The notes under the pieces were generated by a model, which worked only from the letters and a program-made list of their open reading frames with translations, was not told the DNA's origin and ran no database searches. The position numbers and the translations under genes were made by a program. A stretch of 64,000 nt of DNA from assembly GCF_009914755.1 (NCBI RefSeq), contig NC_060947.1; one strand, written 5' to 3'. This DNA is from the human T2T-CHM13v2.0 reference genome, Homo sapiens. Of this stretch, positions 1-18,276 are shown piece by piece. Each line of letters starts with the position of its first letter. Position 1 is the stretch's first letter.

Positions 1-752
1 AGTATTACCCTACACCCAGAAGGAACAAACGCTACAACAGAGACACCAAGAAAAGGCCTTGCTAGGTTTTCCCACTCCATCTATTACCATTAGCTCATGC
101 TTTTTTTGTCCAATCACATTTCTACACTGCTGTCCCAGTCTGAATTGAATCGAAGCATAAAGTCAGCTAACTTTCTCTATATCCTTGGGTCCTTATTCTG
201 AAGGCTCCAGTGTCACGTAAAACTATGATCAAATAAAGTTGTTATCCTTTTATCTTGTTTACTTGTTTTTTGTTATAGGGGTATCAGCCGTGACCCTTAT
301 GATGGGGAGGAAAGGGAACATCCCCTCTCCACCCCTTCAGTTAGCACCCCTTCTCATATGCCTTGTCCTATCCTTCTCTTCCATCTGGCTATTCATTTGT
401 ATCCTTTGTAATAAATTAGCAATAGTAAGTAAAGTGTTTCACTAAGTTCTGTGAACCACTCTAGTAAATTAACTGAACCTGAGGAGGGGGTCATGGGAAC
501 CTTAACTTATAGTTGGTCAGTCAGAAGTATAGGTGAGCAGTCTGTGGGACTGAGCTCTTAACCTGTAGGATCTGATGTTAACTCCAGGTAGTGTCAGAAT
601 TGAATTGAATTATAGGATACCCAGTCAGTGTCTGCTGGAGAACTGCTTGGTGGTGGGAAGAAATCTGACGCATTTTGGTGACCAGAAGTGAAGTATTCTG
701 TATTGAGAATTAAAATAGAAAAAATAGTTTGGTTTATTTTTCTATCTCTTAC
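1..752 (+). mobile_element. ERV LTR fragments (MER34/MER39-like followed by MER21-like)
   Basis: Recalled LTR motifs (aaggccttgctagg, aataaagtttg; gtaagtaaagtgtttt...gaacctgaggagggggtcatgggaacc). Confidence 0.6.
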
Positions 753-1178
753 AGATGTATACCCAGAGGTAGGACTGTAATATTATATGGTAGCTCTACT
801 TTTAATTTTTTGAGGAAGCACTATACTGTTTTCCATAATGGCTGTACCATTTTACATTCCCATCAATAGTGTACAATGGTTCCCTTTTCTCCATATCCTT
901 GCCAGCACTGGTTATCTTTTCTTTTTGATAACAGGCATCCTAACAAGTGTGAAGTGATATCTCATTGTGGTTGTGATTTACATTTCCCTGATGATTAGGA
1001 ATGCTGAATATCTTTTCATATAGCTGTTGGCCATTTGTATGTCTTGTTTGAAAAAATGTCTATTCAAGTCCTTTGCCTATTTTTCAATTTTTTTTTTTTT
1101 TGCTATTGAGTTATATGAATCCTTTTTGTATTTTGGCTATTAACCCCTCATCAGATATATGGTTTACAAATATTTCTG
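753..1178 (-). mobile_element. L1M 3' region fragment
   Basis: Antisense L1 motifs (ctgttttccataatggctgtaccattttacattccc). Confidence 0.8.
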
Positions 1179-1265
1179 GATATCCACACACACACAAAAA
1201 ATAAATGTGCTCCCTTTCGTTTCAATGAAAGCCTTTGGTGTTTTGGTCTCTGTCTTTCATGTTAG

Positions 1266-1815
<550 letters not shown>

Positions 1816-2173
1816 GTCTGTTAATTTCCAAAAGGGATAATAAAAAACAAACTGGAAGCTCTGTGTGCATGGGGAAGTTTCCTGATGGTGAGCTTCCATC
1901 TATCTGGTGATCAGACACAGACTAGCCATTTCATCAGGTGACTCCAAAAATTCAGTATATAGATAGGTCTCTTCTCCTGCTGCAGTTTACTAAGGAAGAA
2001 ATCCACCAATTCTGCCTGAAATATGTAAGACAGGTTGCAAGCATTCTGGGAGCCAAACTGGAGCGTCTCAACATTCAGTATGCAACCATTCACTGTTTTC
2101 AGTATGCGGTCTCGCTCTTGCTATATAAGCTGTACCTGGAGCCCCTGACTCTGTTTCAATCCCTTTATAGCTT

Positions 2174-2655
2174 CACTGTCCAATAGGGTACCACTAGCCA
2201 CATGTGTCTATTTATTTATTTTACTTTAAGTTCTGGGATACATGTGCAAAATGTGCAGGTTTGTTACACAGGTATACATGTGCCATGGTGGTTTGCTGCA
2301 CCTATCAACCCATCATCTAGGTTTTCAACCCCGCATGTATTAGGTATTTGTCCCAATGCTCTCCCTCCCCTTGCCCCCCACACCCCCACAGGCCCCAGTT
2401 TGTAACATTCCCCTCCCTGTGTCCATGTGTTCTCATTGTTCAACTCCCACTTATGAGTGAGAACATGTGGTGTTTGGTTTTGTGTTCTACATGTGTATTT
2501 AAATGTAAATTAATCAAATCTAAATAAAATAAAAATTCAGTTCTTTTGTCACACTATACACTTTCAAGTACTCAGTAGCCACTATGGCTACCGTATTGGA
2601 CAATGCAGATACAGAACATGCTCATCACCACAGCAAGTACAAATGGGATGGTGCT
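2174..2655. mobile_element. MER3-like DNA transposon interrupted by an antisense L1PA 3' fragment (2209-2488)
   Basis: ctgtccaatagggtaccactagccacatg...gtattggaca; L1PA end tactttaagttctgggatacatgtg. Imperfect TSD acatgtgt(ct)attt. Confidence 0.8.
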
Positions 2656-2845
2656 TCTCTAAGGAGTAAACACCAGTCTTCTGCTGAGGCAAGAAGTGAG
2701 TCATCATCTGGCCACTGAGCTAACGGAGAAAACCTAAGGATCTACCTACTCCTTAGAATAAATTCCGGACTTCTGCTGATGCAAGTAAGGAATGGTCTGT
2801 GGCTGTGGGGCTGAGGGCAAGAATCTGAGGGTGTAAATCTTAGAG

Positions 2846-3055
2846 CCGTGGTGTTTAATATGGGAGCTACCAGTCACATGCAGCAATTTAAATTTAAATA
2901 AATCAAATTAAAATAAAATTTAAAATTTGGTTCCTTAGTTGCACTAGCTATATTCCAAGCATTCAACAGCCACATAAACAAGTGGTTACAGTATTGGACC
3001 AGTGTCGATTATAAAACATTTCCATCATTCAGAAAGTTCTACTGGACAGCACTGC
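2846..3055. mobile_element. MER3-like DNA transposon
   Basis: Ends in cagaaagttctactggacagcactg; same orientation as the copy at 2174. Confidence 0.8.
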
Positions 3056-4005
3056 CTTAGACATTCCACAAACCATCATGTTTTCAGTACTTAATCCCTA
3101 TATTCAGAGTTACATGTTTCCTCCAATACTCAAGCCATTCCCAGGTTTGACGCTGTAAATCAACTTGAATCTGATTGCCTTCTCCCATAGCAGGCACAAG
3201 TTTCAGCTTTCTTCATTCTGCTAAGGTAGCTACCACCAGGACTCTAGCCAGTCTTTATTTGAATTAGAAAAGGTAACCCCTTTAGAATGAGTGGAATGTA
3301 CTTTTGTAGGAAGAAAAAGAAGACCTTTCTTCTGGATGTCTGCAAACCCTCTGCCAGGGCACACAGCATAAAGTACCATTTCACTGCTACTTGCTCCTCA
3401 GCCAAATAATTTTGGGCAATCTAAGTAAAGGTACTTGTTTCTACTATTCTATTTTCCATTTTCAGAAATTCTATTGACATCTCTTCCCCACTGTCCTCTT
3501 TCTTCTCTTTCATACTTTGTCCATAGGGGATTATATCATAGTTTATTCCTTAACTATCATTTAAGAGGATTCCACATGGATTTAATCCTCACTAAACTAA
3601 AAGTCATAATTAATATTTTCCACTTGTATTTTGTTCTTTCTGTTATAATTCCATCTCTCAGTGCCAAGAATGTACTCCAATCAATCCCACAACAAATCCC
3701 AAGTAGATATATACCTGAGTGGGAAATAGGTAGAGAGACTTCAGAGTCACTTTTGTAAATAACTAACAACCAGAATTATCAGTTCACAAGCAGAAAGTTA
3801 TTATCTGGGTTTTCCAAATGCTATCCTAGAGCCTAAGCTAAAACTCCTACCAAAGTGCAAAAGGCAATGCTCAGAAAAACTTTAGACAACAGTGCTTGAA
3901 CAACAAATTGGCTCTTGATTTAGGTGCTTTTTGATTTACCAGTCATAAACAGATAAAATTATGAATAAAAATGAGAAGAAACATTATAATATTTTTATTA
4001 CAAAC

Positions 4006-4142
4006 CTGTGCTGGTGGTACTTGCAATGGATTGTTATCCAAAATTATTACTTGTAAATGATGCAGCTTTCTGTAACAAACTGGAATTTCGGTCACTTTAT
4101 TACAAGAGAAATCCAGCTTGACTAAGGGAAGGTCTCCTAATT
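4006..4142 (-). CDS. LRCH2: LRCH2 exon 5 (LRR)
   Basis: Acceptor gaccag| and donor |gtttgt. 137 nt encoding (E)LGDLPLVKLDFSCNKVTEIPVCYRKLHHLQVIILDNNPLQVPPAQ. Preceded by an 82-nt intron (4143-4224). The gene continues beyond the left edge of the window. Confidence 0.95.
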
Positions 4143-4224
4143 CTGGTCAGAAATGAAAAATAATTAATTAAATTTTACATAGTTACTCTCTTATTCATGT
4201 GAGTAAAAACAGTGAACATCTTAC

Positions 4225-4330
4225 CATCTGGCAAAACATGAAGATTATTTCTTCTTATATTTAGCTCTCTAAGTGAATGTAATTTTCCCATTTGTTGGGG
4301 AAGGACTTGAATCTCATTGCAGCTAATATC
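4225..4330 (-). CDS. LRCH2: LRCH2 exon 4 (LRR)
   Basis: Acceptor ccttag| and donor |gtaaga. 106 nt encoding DISCNEIQVLPQQMGKLHSLRELNIRRNNLHVLPD. Not in the ORF track. Confidence 0.95.
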
Positions 4331-5364
4331 CTAAGGAGAACAATAAAACAGAATTATAACAAGCTAACTGAGAAATACATATATTATATATATATATTCT
4401 AATTTTTAAATTAAAGCACATGGTTAATAGCTAGCAAAAGTTATCCTCTAATGTCATTGCTCTAAAGATGGATTATCTGGCAGATTTCTATTTATACGAC
4501 ATCATGAAGCCGACCTAGTACAGTAAATAGAAACTTCCCATACAAAAATTTGAGGTTATATCTTAGTAACTACAACCTCTCGAAAATCTCAACTAAAGGC
4601 CAACTCATACCAGCCAAAACCAGAAGTAAGAATGATCCAGCACTCTTCACGTGGAGGTAAAGTAAAAGACTAACAACTCTCAAACATTGTGTAATCTGTC
4701 AATTACAGTAGTTGTCTCGAGATACTTGGCTGGGCAGAAGCTAAGAAAGTCAAGGATTTATAAATGTGCACTGGCGAAACAGACTATGATAAAGATTGAT
4801 TTAACTAAATCTCTTTCTCCAAAGGGATACAAAATGAGAAGTTACAAGCCCCAACACTTGTGACTCATCTCATAGCTCAAAGACATTCTAAGAGATCTGA
4901 GTTGGAAATCTCTCAGGTTATCTAAGGTGTCTCTCAGGAAATCTCTGTGGTTAAAATCCAAGCCCCAATTTAAAGGCAAACGATATCAAGTTTCCATAAT
5001 AACAAATTGAGGTTTTTATTTATTATCATAATTAAAAAAAACAGAAAAAAGAACAGTTTAAGTTAACTGTGCTCTCTCCCCTCTTTCTTATAATAACATC
5101 AACAACAAAAAAAAGAGAAATCTACAACATGGTCTCAGACAGTAATCATTCCAGACACACTTCAAATGAAATTCATATTCTAATGCAACTGCCCCCAATT
5201 TCCAACTTTTAGTGAAAATGATAATAGCTTGGAGGGAGGAGAATAGTACATACATTCAGTTTTCAAAATAATATTAAAACCATGTAGGGAAGAATATAAT
5301 AATGCTATAGATGATTAGGAAAATATATCCTACATACCTCTTTCAAACAATATCTAAGGCATCT

Positions 5365-5935
5365 TCATTCAACAATAAATATTTGTTGAATACTATTAAC
5401 ATTTGCTAGGTACTGTTCCAGGGACTGGGGATTTATCAAGGGGCAAAACAAAATTTCCTGCTGTCATAGCTCCTCATGGAGTTTACATGCTAGCAAGGGG
5501 AGTAAATTATATAATATGCTAGAAGGTGATAAGTGCTATTTAAAAAAGATAACAGGGTAGGAAAATGGCTATGCTCGCAATAGTGGGGAGGGATACTACT
5601 TTATCTCATAGAGAAGGTGATATTGAGCAGTACTGTCAGAGCTAAAAGGTGAACCATACTAATATATAAGAAAGGAATATTCCAGACAGAAGGAACAATA
5701 AAAGTGAAGGCGCTCAGGCAGAGCGCACCTGACAGGTACAAAGAACAGCAAGGAATCCAGTGTAACTAGAGGGAAATGGGCAAGGGAGAGAGTAGAATAG
5801 AGGGAGGGATATGACTTTAGCTTTTATTCTGAGAGATGTGGGCAGGATCCAGAAACTTTTGAACATGGGATTGACATGATCTGACTTATATTTTGACAGG
5901 ATCACCTTAGCTGCTATGTTCAGAATAGACTACTA
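5365..5935 (-). mobile_element. L2 3' region fragment
   Basis: cattcaacaataaatatttgttgaa ... gacatgatctgacttatattttgacaggatcac. Confidence 0.7.
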
Positions 5936-6408
5936 TTCAAACGATGGATAATAGAAGTTTGTGAAAATGTTATTTAAACATTATTGCTTCTTTCTAAAGG
6001 TATTTGATACTTATGATTTCCATATGGAAAATCCATAGAAATTTGAGAGATAGCTGTCATTTCCCAAGAGAAATAAACCCAGGCATAGGAAATGAACCCA
6101 CTCCAGTGGGTGCTCTACAAAATAGTCTGCAAAGGATTGGAAGCCAGAGAGTATTTCCTAGGTTTCTAATGACAGAATTTCATTGCAGTTGATTATCACA
6201 TGATGTGGAAAAGTATCAAGAGAAAATATTCCAATGACAGGGAATATCCACCAATTCAATATGTGATTTACAACTGTCAATTAGCCCTCCTAATGCTATC
6301 TACCCATCTACTGTTACTGATTTCAAGAGTTTAAAGCATAATAATTTTACAGTACCTAGTAAAATAATAGTGTTAAACATTTTAGAATTTTCTACATAAA
6401 TTAAAAAA

Positions 6409-6744
6409 CAGTTGGTCCTCTGTATCCATGGGTTCTGCATCCATGAATTCAACCAAATACAAATCAAAAATATTCAGGAAAAAAAAAGCATGGTTGTGCC
6501 TGTACTGAACATATATTAACTTTTTTTTCTTGTCATTACTCCTTAAATAATACAACGTAACAACTACTCACACAGCATTTACACTGTATTAGGTATTATA
6601 AGTAATCTAGAAATGATTTAAAGTATATGGGAGAATGTATTTAGGTTATATGTAAATATTACTATTGTATATAAGAGACTTGAGCATTCGTGGATTTTGG
6701 TATGGGGTGAATCCTGGAACCAATCCCCCATAGAGGGACAACTG
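6409..6744. mobile_element. MER2 (TcMar-Tigger MITE)
   Basis: Terminal inverted repeats cagttggtcctctgtatcc...agagggacaactg followed by TA. Confidence 0.85.
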
Positions 6745-7130
6745 TACTAGAATTAATATAAAACTCCTAATTATTTTTTACATTTCATTTATCTAAAAAT
6801 TACATCATGTAATGTAATTAAAAACGTAGGGCCAAAAACTAAATTAAAAACAAATAAATTACGGAGACATAAAATCTTAAATTATAACCTTTATAAAATC
6901 TGGAAAAACATTAATAGTGTTCAAGTCAAACAAAATAATGGTACCTTTTATTATGAACTTGTTAGATCATATCTGGAATCTCTGTTCATTTTTTAGTATA
7001 ACATTAAGTGAGACTTTAACTAAAAGGAACATTTTCTAAATCGAATTAGCTAAAAGTAAAAAGTCATAAAAAGGAATAAAGGTAATAAGGATGTTTAAGC
7101 TATAGAAAAACACATCTTAAGAGTTTGGTA

Positions 7131-7497
<367 letters not shown>

Positions 7498-7625
7498 TCA
7501 TTATCTATATTTCTTCACATGGTAGTCCCAGGCCCAATGGAAAAAAATGATAGAAGCATGTATTTTGGTTCAAAATAAGAAAGATTAATAACAAATAGAG
7601 TTTTGCAAAGAAGAATTAGGACAGT

Positions 7626-7668
7626 CACGCATGCACACGCACGCACACGCACACACACACACACACAG
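7626..7668. repeat. (CA)n/(CACG) microsatellite
   Basis: cacgcatgcacacgcacgcacacgcacacacacacacacaca. Confidence 0.85.
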
Positions 7669-7990
7669 AGTTGTCCACCATTGAAAATATACAGTAGATG
7701 TATCAGGGATTCCTACATTAGAAAGTGGTTGTATCTGATCACTTCTAAGATCTTTTATAACTTCAAAATTATATGGTTCTAAAACATAAGGTGAAATTCA
7801 AGGAAGTTTCCTTGTATTATAATTGGACATGCAGGTATTCCTTAATGAATAAAAGGTATTCCTGAAATTTCTGCTCATTACATTCTGTTAATATTAATTT
7901 CTCATTATGAAATTGTAGGTAAGTTCCTCAAGAAAACTTTTGACCTCCCCGGACATAATAAAGTCATACATAAGAATATTTTAGGACTTT

Positions 7991-8282
7991 AGTCCATGCA
8001 CAGTGGCTGACACCTGTAATGCCAGCACTTTGGGAGGCCGAAGCAAGTGGATCACTTGAGGCCAGGAGTTCAAGACCAGCCTGGGCAACACAGTGAAACC
8101 CCATCTCTACGAAAAATGCAAAAATAAGTTGGGTGTGGTGGCGCATGGCTGTAATCCCAACGACTTGGGAGGCTGAGCACGAGAATAGCCTGAACCTGGG
8201 AGGCGGAGGTTGCAGTGAACCAAGATCATGTCACTACACACCAGTCTGGGCAACAGAGCGAGACTCTATCACAAAAAAAAAA
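7991..8282 (+). mobile_element. Alu
   Basis: Dimeric Alu consensus with A-tail. Confidence 0.9.
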
Positions 8283-8989
8283 CTTTAAAAATACCTGTTT
8301 ATTAGGAAAGCATCATTCAAAATAAAAGAAAAACATGAAGCATGGTATACTGCGTAAAGTGGAGGTAACCAGAAGATATGAAAAATAGCTGAAAGCTTCG
8401 AGGCTCTGAATATGTTTCTCTCAGAATTCAATGTCCTTTAATACCTAAAATGTTATGTCCAAGGTAATTAATTTAAATTATTCTGTATTTCTACAATCAA
8501 TTGCATATAATGGCCTTTTACCATTTATTTCAGTCTAAAAAGTGTCATAACGTCACATAAGCAAACAGTGAGGAAGAGTTATGTTGCTAATTCTGTTTGC
8601 AGACACTCTCTTCTTTTATCTCCTTTGTTTAAGGATATATCATAGTCCTATAAAAGTTTTATTTTAAAAATTCCCTTAGCTTTCCTCTAAGACCTTTACT
8701 GTCCACAAAATGAGTAAACAAATGCTTATTCATTTGAAAAGTATTTCTTAAAGTTTGTAAGCAAGCCTTCTGACGTCACAAGGACTAAGGAAGAACCATG
8801 CTATTTTGTGACTGGAAAAACTCAGACATATAGTATCTCAAGATTTTACTAAATCTTACTGAATTTAGACATATACCAAGTTAGTACTTTTTTTAAAAAT
8901 TACAATTAAATTCCATTAAAAATAGGTAATCTTCCAAAATGTAGATATATTACGCATATTGCATTAATTAATACAACTAAGTTACTCAC

Positions 8990-9116
8990 CAATTCCATTA
9001 AATCTTTTAACTTCCCAATTTCTTCTGGAATGGATACCAGTTTATTATTACTGACGACCAAAACTTTAAGGGGAAGATCAAATAGGTATTTTGGCAATGT
9101 TGATAAAAGATTTCGG
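8990..9116 (-). CDS. LRCH2: LRCH2 exon 3 (LRR)
   Basis: Acceptor ttttcag| and donor |gtgagt. 127 nt encoding (S)RNLLSTLPKYLFDLPLKVLVVSNNKLVSIPEEIGKLKDLMEL. Confidence 0.96.
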
Positions 9117-10655
9117 CTGAAAAGAATGAGAAAGTTTCATTACGAGAATATGTATGTAATGTGACATATTAAAAACGAAGAAATCACTTTGTAAGTAAAT
9201 AATATTCTATCACTAAGTAATAACTTAATAAGTACTTGCTGAGTGCTCACTTTGTATCAGGCACAGTGTTAAATTTCTTATATGCACTGTCTCATTTAAT
9301 CCTCATGTTAATGATACAAGATTAAGTAGTTATTATCTCCATTATACAAATCAGAAAATGAAAGTTAAAACTGGTTAAGTGATTTGCCCAACTACAGCAG
9401 AGATCCATAGCATAGCAAACCCTATGCAGGCAGACCTATGATACTACTCCACACACCATCAGTTCTCAAAAACCCAGAATGATTCCTCCGAGCTCAATAA
9501 TGTCAGAACTTTGCTCCTTGATATAATTCTGGTATATTCAATACTTCCATGCTAGGGAAAGTCTCCAGGGATAAATGTGCATGCACTATGTTTAAGTTTA
9601 TAAAAGAGTGAATAGGACTATATCTTCAAAAACATGTAGTAACCCTAACCCATTCCCTTTTAAGGTTTAACAGCCTATTAGCACCTTTATCTCAGCTCAA
9701 AGTTGATAAAACATTCTTATCTCTGTAGATACATTTAAATATAATAACTAACATTTACTGAGTGCCTACTATTGCCAGGCCATGTTCAGGGCAGCTCATG
9801 TGAATTAACTCTCACAGTGATCCTCATTTTGCAGCAGGTCATGTGAATTAACTCTCACAGTGATCCCCATTTTGCAGATGAAGAAATAGTCACAAAGAGT
9901 TTAAGTAAACTGCTCAAAGTCACACAGCTGTTAAATGGGAGAGGCAGGATTCAAACTCAGGCAATCTGGCTCTGGGGTCTTTGCCCTCAAAGTACTATGG
10001 TCAAATTTATATGCCAAAACAGACTGACTGACCCAAAGGAACCACTAACAAAATGTATATTTTTCCATTCCATTTACATACTAACAAGCACTGGTAAGCG
10101 ATAAGCTATTATTTTTCCTGTTTTTCAAAGTGTCATTTATAGACCTATACCTAGCATTTCGTGTAACATACACAGCAACAAAAGTCCAGTGTTACTCAAG
10201 GGGGACTTGAAGACCCTCCTCCCCATCTTTTCTCTGGCAAAGGACATCCAGAAATACTAGACTGGCTTTAATAACACGGCACAAACAAACAAACAAAAAA
10301 ATGGCAATGCCCCTCAACAAGCAATAATGGCCAGACTGCTGGAATGTCAAATGTGCTAGGGTCCTGTCATAATCCTTCATACTTTCAGGATGAAGCAGGC
10401 TCCTTGGAAAAATGGTCAGTCTGGGTCCCTTCATACCAGGGCACACAAGGATCTTTCTACAGGATTCTACTGAAAAAGGGGGGTAGTATATAGGAAGAGA
10501 GAAGAGTTGAAAAATTATTTTACAAGTTTATTAAGAGATTTTCACCAAAATAAATAAATACATGGAAGAAATAATGGCAAACTCATTCTAATACATCTTC
10601 AGGCCAAAAATAGCTTAAAAATCAATTTATTTTCTTCCCTTAAAAAGCATATTCA

Positions 10656-10940
10656 GGCCGGTCACAATGGCTCACGCCTGTAATCCCAGCACTTTTGAGA
10701 GGCCGAGGCGGGCAAATCATTTGAGGTCAGGAGTTTGAGACCAGCCTGGCCAACGTGGTGAAACACTGTCTCTACTAAAAATTAGTCGGGCCTGGTGACA
10801 GGCGCCTATACTTCCAACTACTTGGGAGGCTGAGGCAGGTGAAACATTTGAATTTGGGAGGCGGAGGTTGCAGTGAGCCAAGATGGTGCCACTCCACCCT
10901 GGGAGACAGAGCAAGACTCCGTCTAAAAAAAAAAAAAAAA
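10656..10940 (+). mobile_element. AluS
   Basis: Alu consensus with TSD gcatattca. Confidence 0.92.
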
Positions 10941-11359
10941 ATGCATATTCATTGAGTTAACACAATCATCTTTCACCAGAATCTGGTTTCTTAATACCGG
11001 CAAATAAATTATTAATTGTCACTATTTTACTACATGCCTTAGAGAAGAATTCAGTCACTAGAACAAATGTTATTTCAATATAGTTTGCTCAAAAATTTTT
11101 GTGACTGTAAAAAAAGATCAAAGTTGACTTTTACAGATCGTGACAGGATAGAATCAGAGAAAGTTTTAGTAAAACTAAGATTACCATATGTGTTAATAGA
11201 GAAGTGTAATTCAGTTTTTGGCGAATCACTTTTTCCGCAAAAGAACAAAATGAAACAGAAACAAAGACAAAACTTAAAAATACCTCACTTTCCTCAAACC
11301 TCTCCTAAGCCAGGCCAAGGAGATTTATACCTACTTAGAGAAAGGAGCAACCCAAATGA

Positions 11360-11694
<335 letters not shown>

Positions 11695-12466
11695 AGGAAA
11701 CTTCTCTCACACATTTTAAGGTGTAAAGTGGTTTCAGTTAAAATAGCTTGTACTGTCAGGTAACACCACTGGGGGAGTCATACAAAAGAACTGATATATC
11801 ACAGTGAGAAGGGAACATTATCATTTATGTATATTAATTATATTTACTACTTCTCTATATGGGAATTTAGACAAGTAACTTGGTTAATGAGGAGATTATC
11901 CCTTCCAACTGAATAAAAAAAGAAAAAAATTCTAAAATTAAGTCACAATATATCAATTTTCATTCAATGTTACTGATTTGGCAGGGAAAGTTTTTTTCTT
12001 ATACTTACTGAGTGTTCATTCTTTTACATATATAGGGTAAAAGCTATGTATGAATGAGAGCTCTATAGCCAGACTGCTTTGATTTTAATCTTGGCTCTAC
12101 CACTTGCTGAATATATCTATGAATTTGGACAAATAGCTTAACCCAATTTCCTCATCTGTAATGCAGGGATAACAATGGTACCTATCTCAAAATGCTGTCA
12201 TGAAAACTAGATAAGGTAATATGGGTAAAGCGTTTGGAACACTGACTGCCTGGCACATGGTAAGCACTTACTAAGTATAAACATGAACTGTCATCCACTT
12301 CCAAACCTTTCAACATTCTCACCCCACTCTAACCATCCTTGAAGTAGAAGCAAGAAGTCACAAAAGTGAGAAAAAATAACTCAAGCACTGTTTGTTTCAC
12401 ATATCTAAGGATGCATATAAAATCTGTATCGTGGTGCTATAATTTCAGGAAATATTTATGGTCTAA

Positions 12467-12630
12467 AGCCTTGCTACTCAAACTGAGGTCTAAGGACCAG
12501 CAGGTAGGCATGAGCATTGCCAAGGGGCCTGTTAGAAATGCAGGCCCCATAACAGACCTAAGAAATTAGAATCTGCATTCTAACAGATCCCCGGGTAATT
12601 CCTGTGTGTTAAAGTTTGCTAAGCTCTGCT
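12467..12630. mobile_element. MER5A-like hAT MITE
   Basis: ttgctactcaaa...gttagaaatgcag...agaatctgcatt. Confidence 0.7.
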
Positions 12631-12802
12631 CTCAAGAACAAGACAAAAGCCTACAAAATAATGTGAACATATAAAAAACACAAATAAGATACTGTTGAGA
12701 TAAATTTAAGCTACACAGCCAAATCAAACATATTCCTTTGCGACTAAAAAAGGATTAGAACAACAATAAAAACCAAAATTTATTTTTAAATTGTTTCCTT
12801 AC

Positions 12803-12947
12803 CTAATGTTAAGGTATGTTAACATCTGCAGATTTTTAATGGCTTCAGGAATGGTTTTGATGCAATTATGATATAAATTTAATGTTTCAAGGGGTGCAAA
12901 TAACCAGACATCAGAAGGAATTTCTGTAAAACGATTTCTGGAAAGAT
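12803..12947 (-). CDS. LRCH2: LRCH2 exon 2 (LRR)
   Basis: Acceptor ttttcag| and donor |gtaagg. 145 nt encoding (D)LSRNRFTEIPSDVWLFAPLETLNLYHNCIKTIPEAIKNLQMLTYLNI; frame joins exon 1. Confidence 0.96.
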
Positions 12948-13122
12948 CTGAAAAGAAAATAGTGAGTATTAAACATATACCTATATCTATGGTAATTAAA
13001 AGAACTATTTTCACACTTGCTGAATCACTTAGAATCTAAGCAACTACTTAAAATACTTTAAAATATACAATATTATCCATCAATACCTTGAAGGCAAAAA
13101 ACATCATTTAGAAATACACTCA

Positions 13123-13491
<369 letters not shown>

Positions 13492-13589
13492 CTATTTGTC
13501 TTTTAAAATACCAACGAAGAATTATCTCTGATCTTTAAAAGCAAACACAAAAATACCTCCCACGATCCCACAACCCCCTCCATCTGCCT

Positions 13590-13905
13590 CTTCTTTTACA
13601 GCCAAACTCACATAAACCCACAACACAACTAAATTTCTTACTTACCATGGACTTCTTAACCCACTGCAATTTGGTTTCTATCCACTCTCACATCCACCAA
13701 TGTAACCAACAACCACCATATCAATAACCATTCCATATGTCTGGAAAGATTATTTTCCTCTGGCTTAGAAGACTACACTTCTGGGATCTCTTCCTACCTC
13801 TCTGGCTACTTCTTATTTTCTATTCCTAGGATTTCCTCTACCTGTATCATAGACGTTGGTGTTCCCAAGAACTATGACGTAAGGTACTCTTTTCCTTCTT
13901 GAGAC
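13590..13905 (+). mobile_element. L2 fragment, left half of the element split by RBMXL3
   Basis: ctctggcttagaagactacac...cttcctacctctctggctac...gttggtgttcccaagaac matches the recalled L2 ORF2 consensus. Confidence 0.7.
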
Positions 13906-13997
13906 ATCCACCCCCCCAACCGGTAGGAGCCGCCCTCCACGAGAGCGCTCGAAGGCCGCGACTGAACTGCCGCGTCATCACTTCCCACTTCCTCTGA

Positions 13998-17249
<3,252 letters not shown>

Positions 17250-17832
17250 GCAGGAACAGACTTGGGCCCAAAAATTCCTTTTCAAAGAAACAAAAAGAAG
17301 AACCTGTTCTATGTTAACTACCCAAGGACTAGTATAAGTAGGAGTTGTTTTTACCTTTTAAGAATTTCCTGTTAAGATCTCCATTTTTATGCTTTTGTGA
17401 GGAAAAACTTAAAATTAGTTTGAAATTGTTAATGTTTCTTTCAACAAGTTCTTGTTAAAAGTATAAGATATGAACCTGAGTCTTAGTCTTCTTCTATTTA
17501 CAAGTTGAAATACGATTAATGGCTTCTTCCCTTGTAAATGTTCCTGATAAATGAGGCAAACAGTTCTAAGATCTTTCATAAACATCTGCTCACCTAAAAT
17601 GGAAAAATGGATCATTCTGCTCACTTAAACCAACTAGATTGTGGGTGGAGAGTGGGAGGGATTGGTGTATACTACTCTTAAGATTTTAGGGTATCTTTCA
17701 AACTGAATCTCTGTGTTCCCAGTATTAAAAACCAAACAACCAGCAACAACAACAACAAAAATGATTTAGATCAAATGTTTATGAAAAATTATGTTCACTC
17801 AGTAAATCTGAAAAGTAAATGGAAAAAAAAAA
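17250..17832 (+). other. RBMXL3: RBMXL3 3' UTR with retrotransposed poly(A) remnant
   Basis: RBMX-family 3'UTR-like blocks (ctacccaaggact, aaatgaggca...ttctaagatct, recalled). AGTAAA hexamers at 17801 and 17814. A-run at 17823-17832. Confidence 0.75.
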
Positions 17833-18105
17833 GATACTCTACTGGGTGATTTCATCCAACCTAGATCCAAATTATATTTACATACCGATGAATTGCAAAT
17901 TAAGGATATGTCTAAAAGCCTATGTTCTGATCTTCAGGACTTCACCTTGATATCTCTCAGGCACCTCAAATTCTACAAATATAACATCTGAAATGAAGAT
18001 CTTTTCCCACAATTTTTTTTTTCTCATCTCAATGTCAACAACATCCTCCTGGTGAGTTGCTCAAGCCAGAAACCTGGTATTCATCCTTGATTCATTCCTC
18101 TCCTA
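17833..18105 (+). mobile_element. L2 fragment, right half of the element split by RBMXL3
   Basis: ctgggtgatttcatcc...caggcacctcaaa...ttgctcaagccagaaacctgg...catccttgattc continues the L2 consensus. Confidence 0.7.
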
Positions 18106-18276
18106 AATTATTGCAAGTACACACAAATATACTTCCATTCATTTAAATTTTCACAAAAATAAAATCATGGAATCGTTATAACCATTACTCCTATTAAGGG
18201 TTTATTTGTTAAATGAAATTTTGAAAAATACTTAGGACATTATAGCAGTGGGTTGAAAAATAAATACTCTAGAAGA

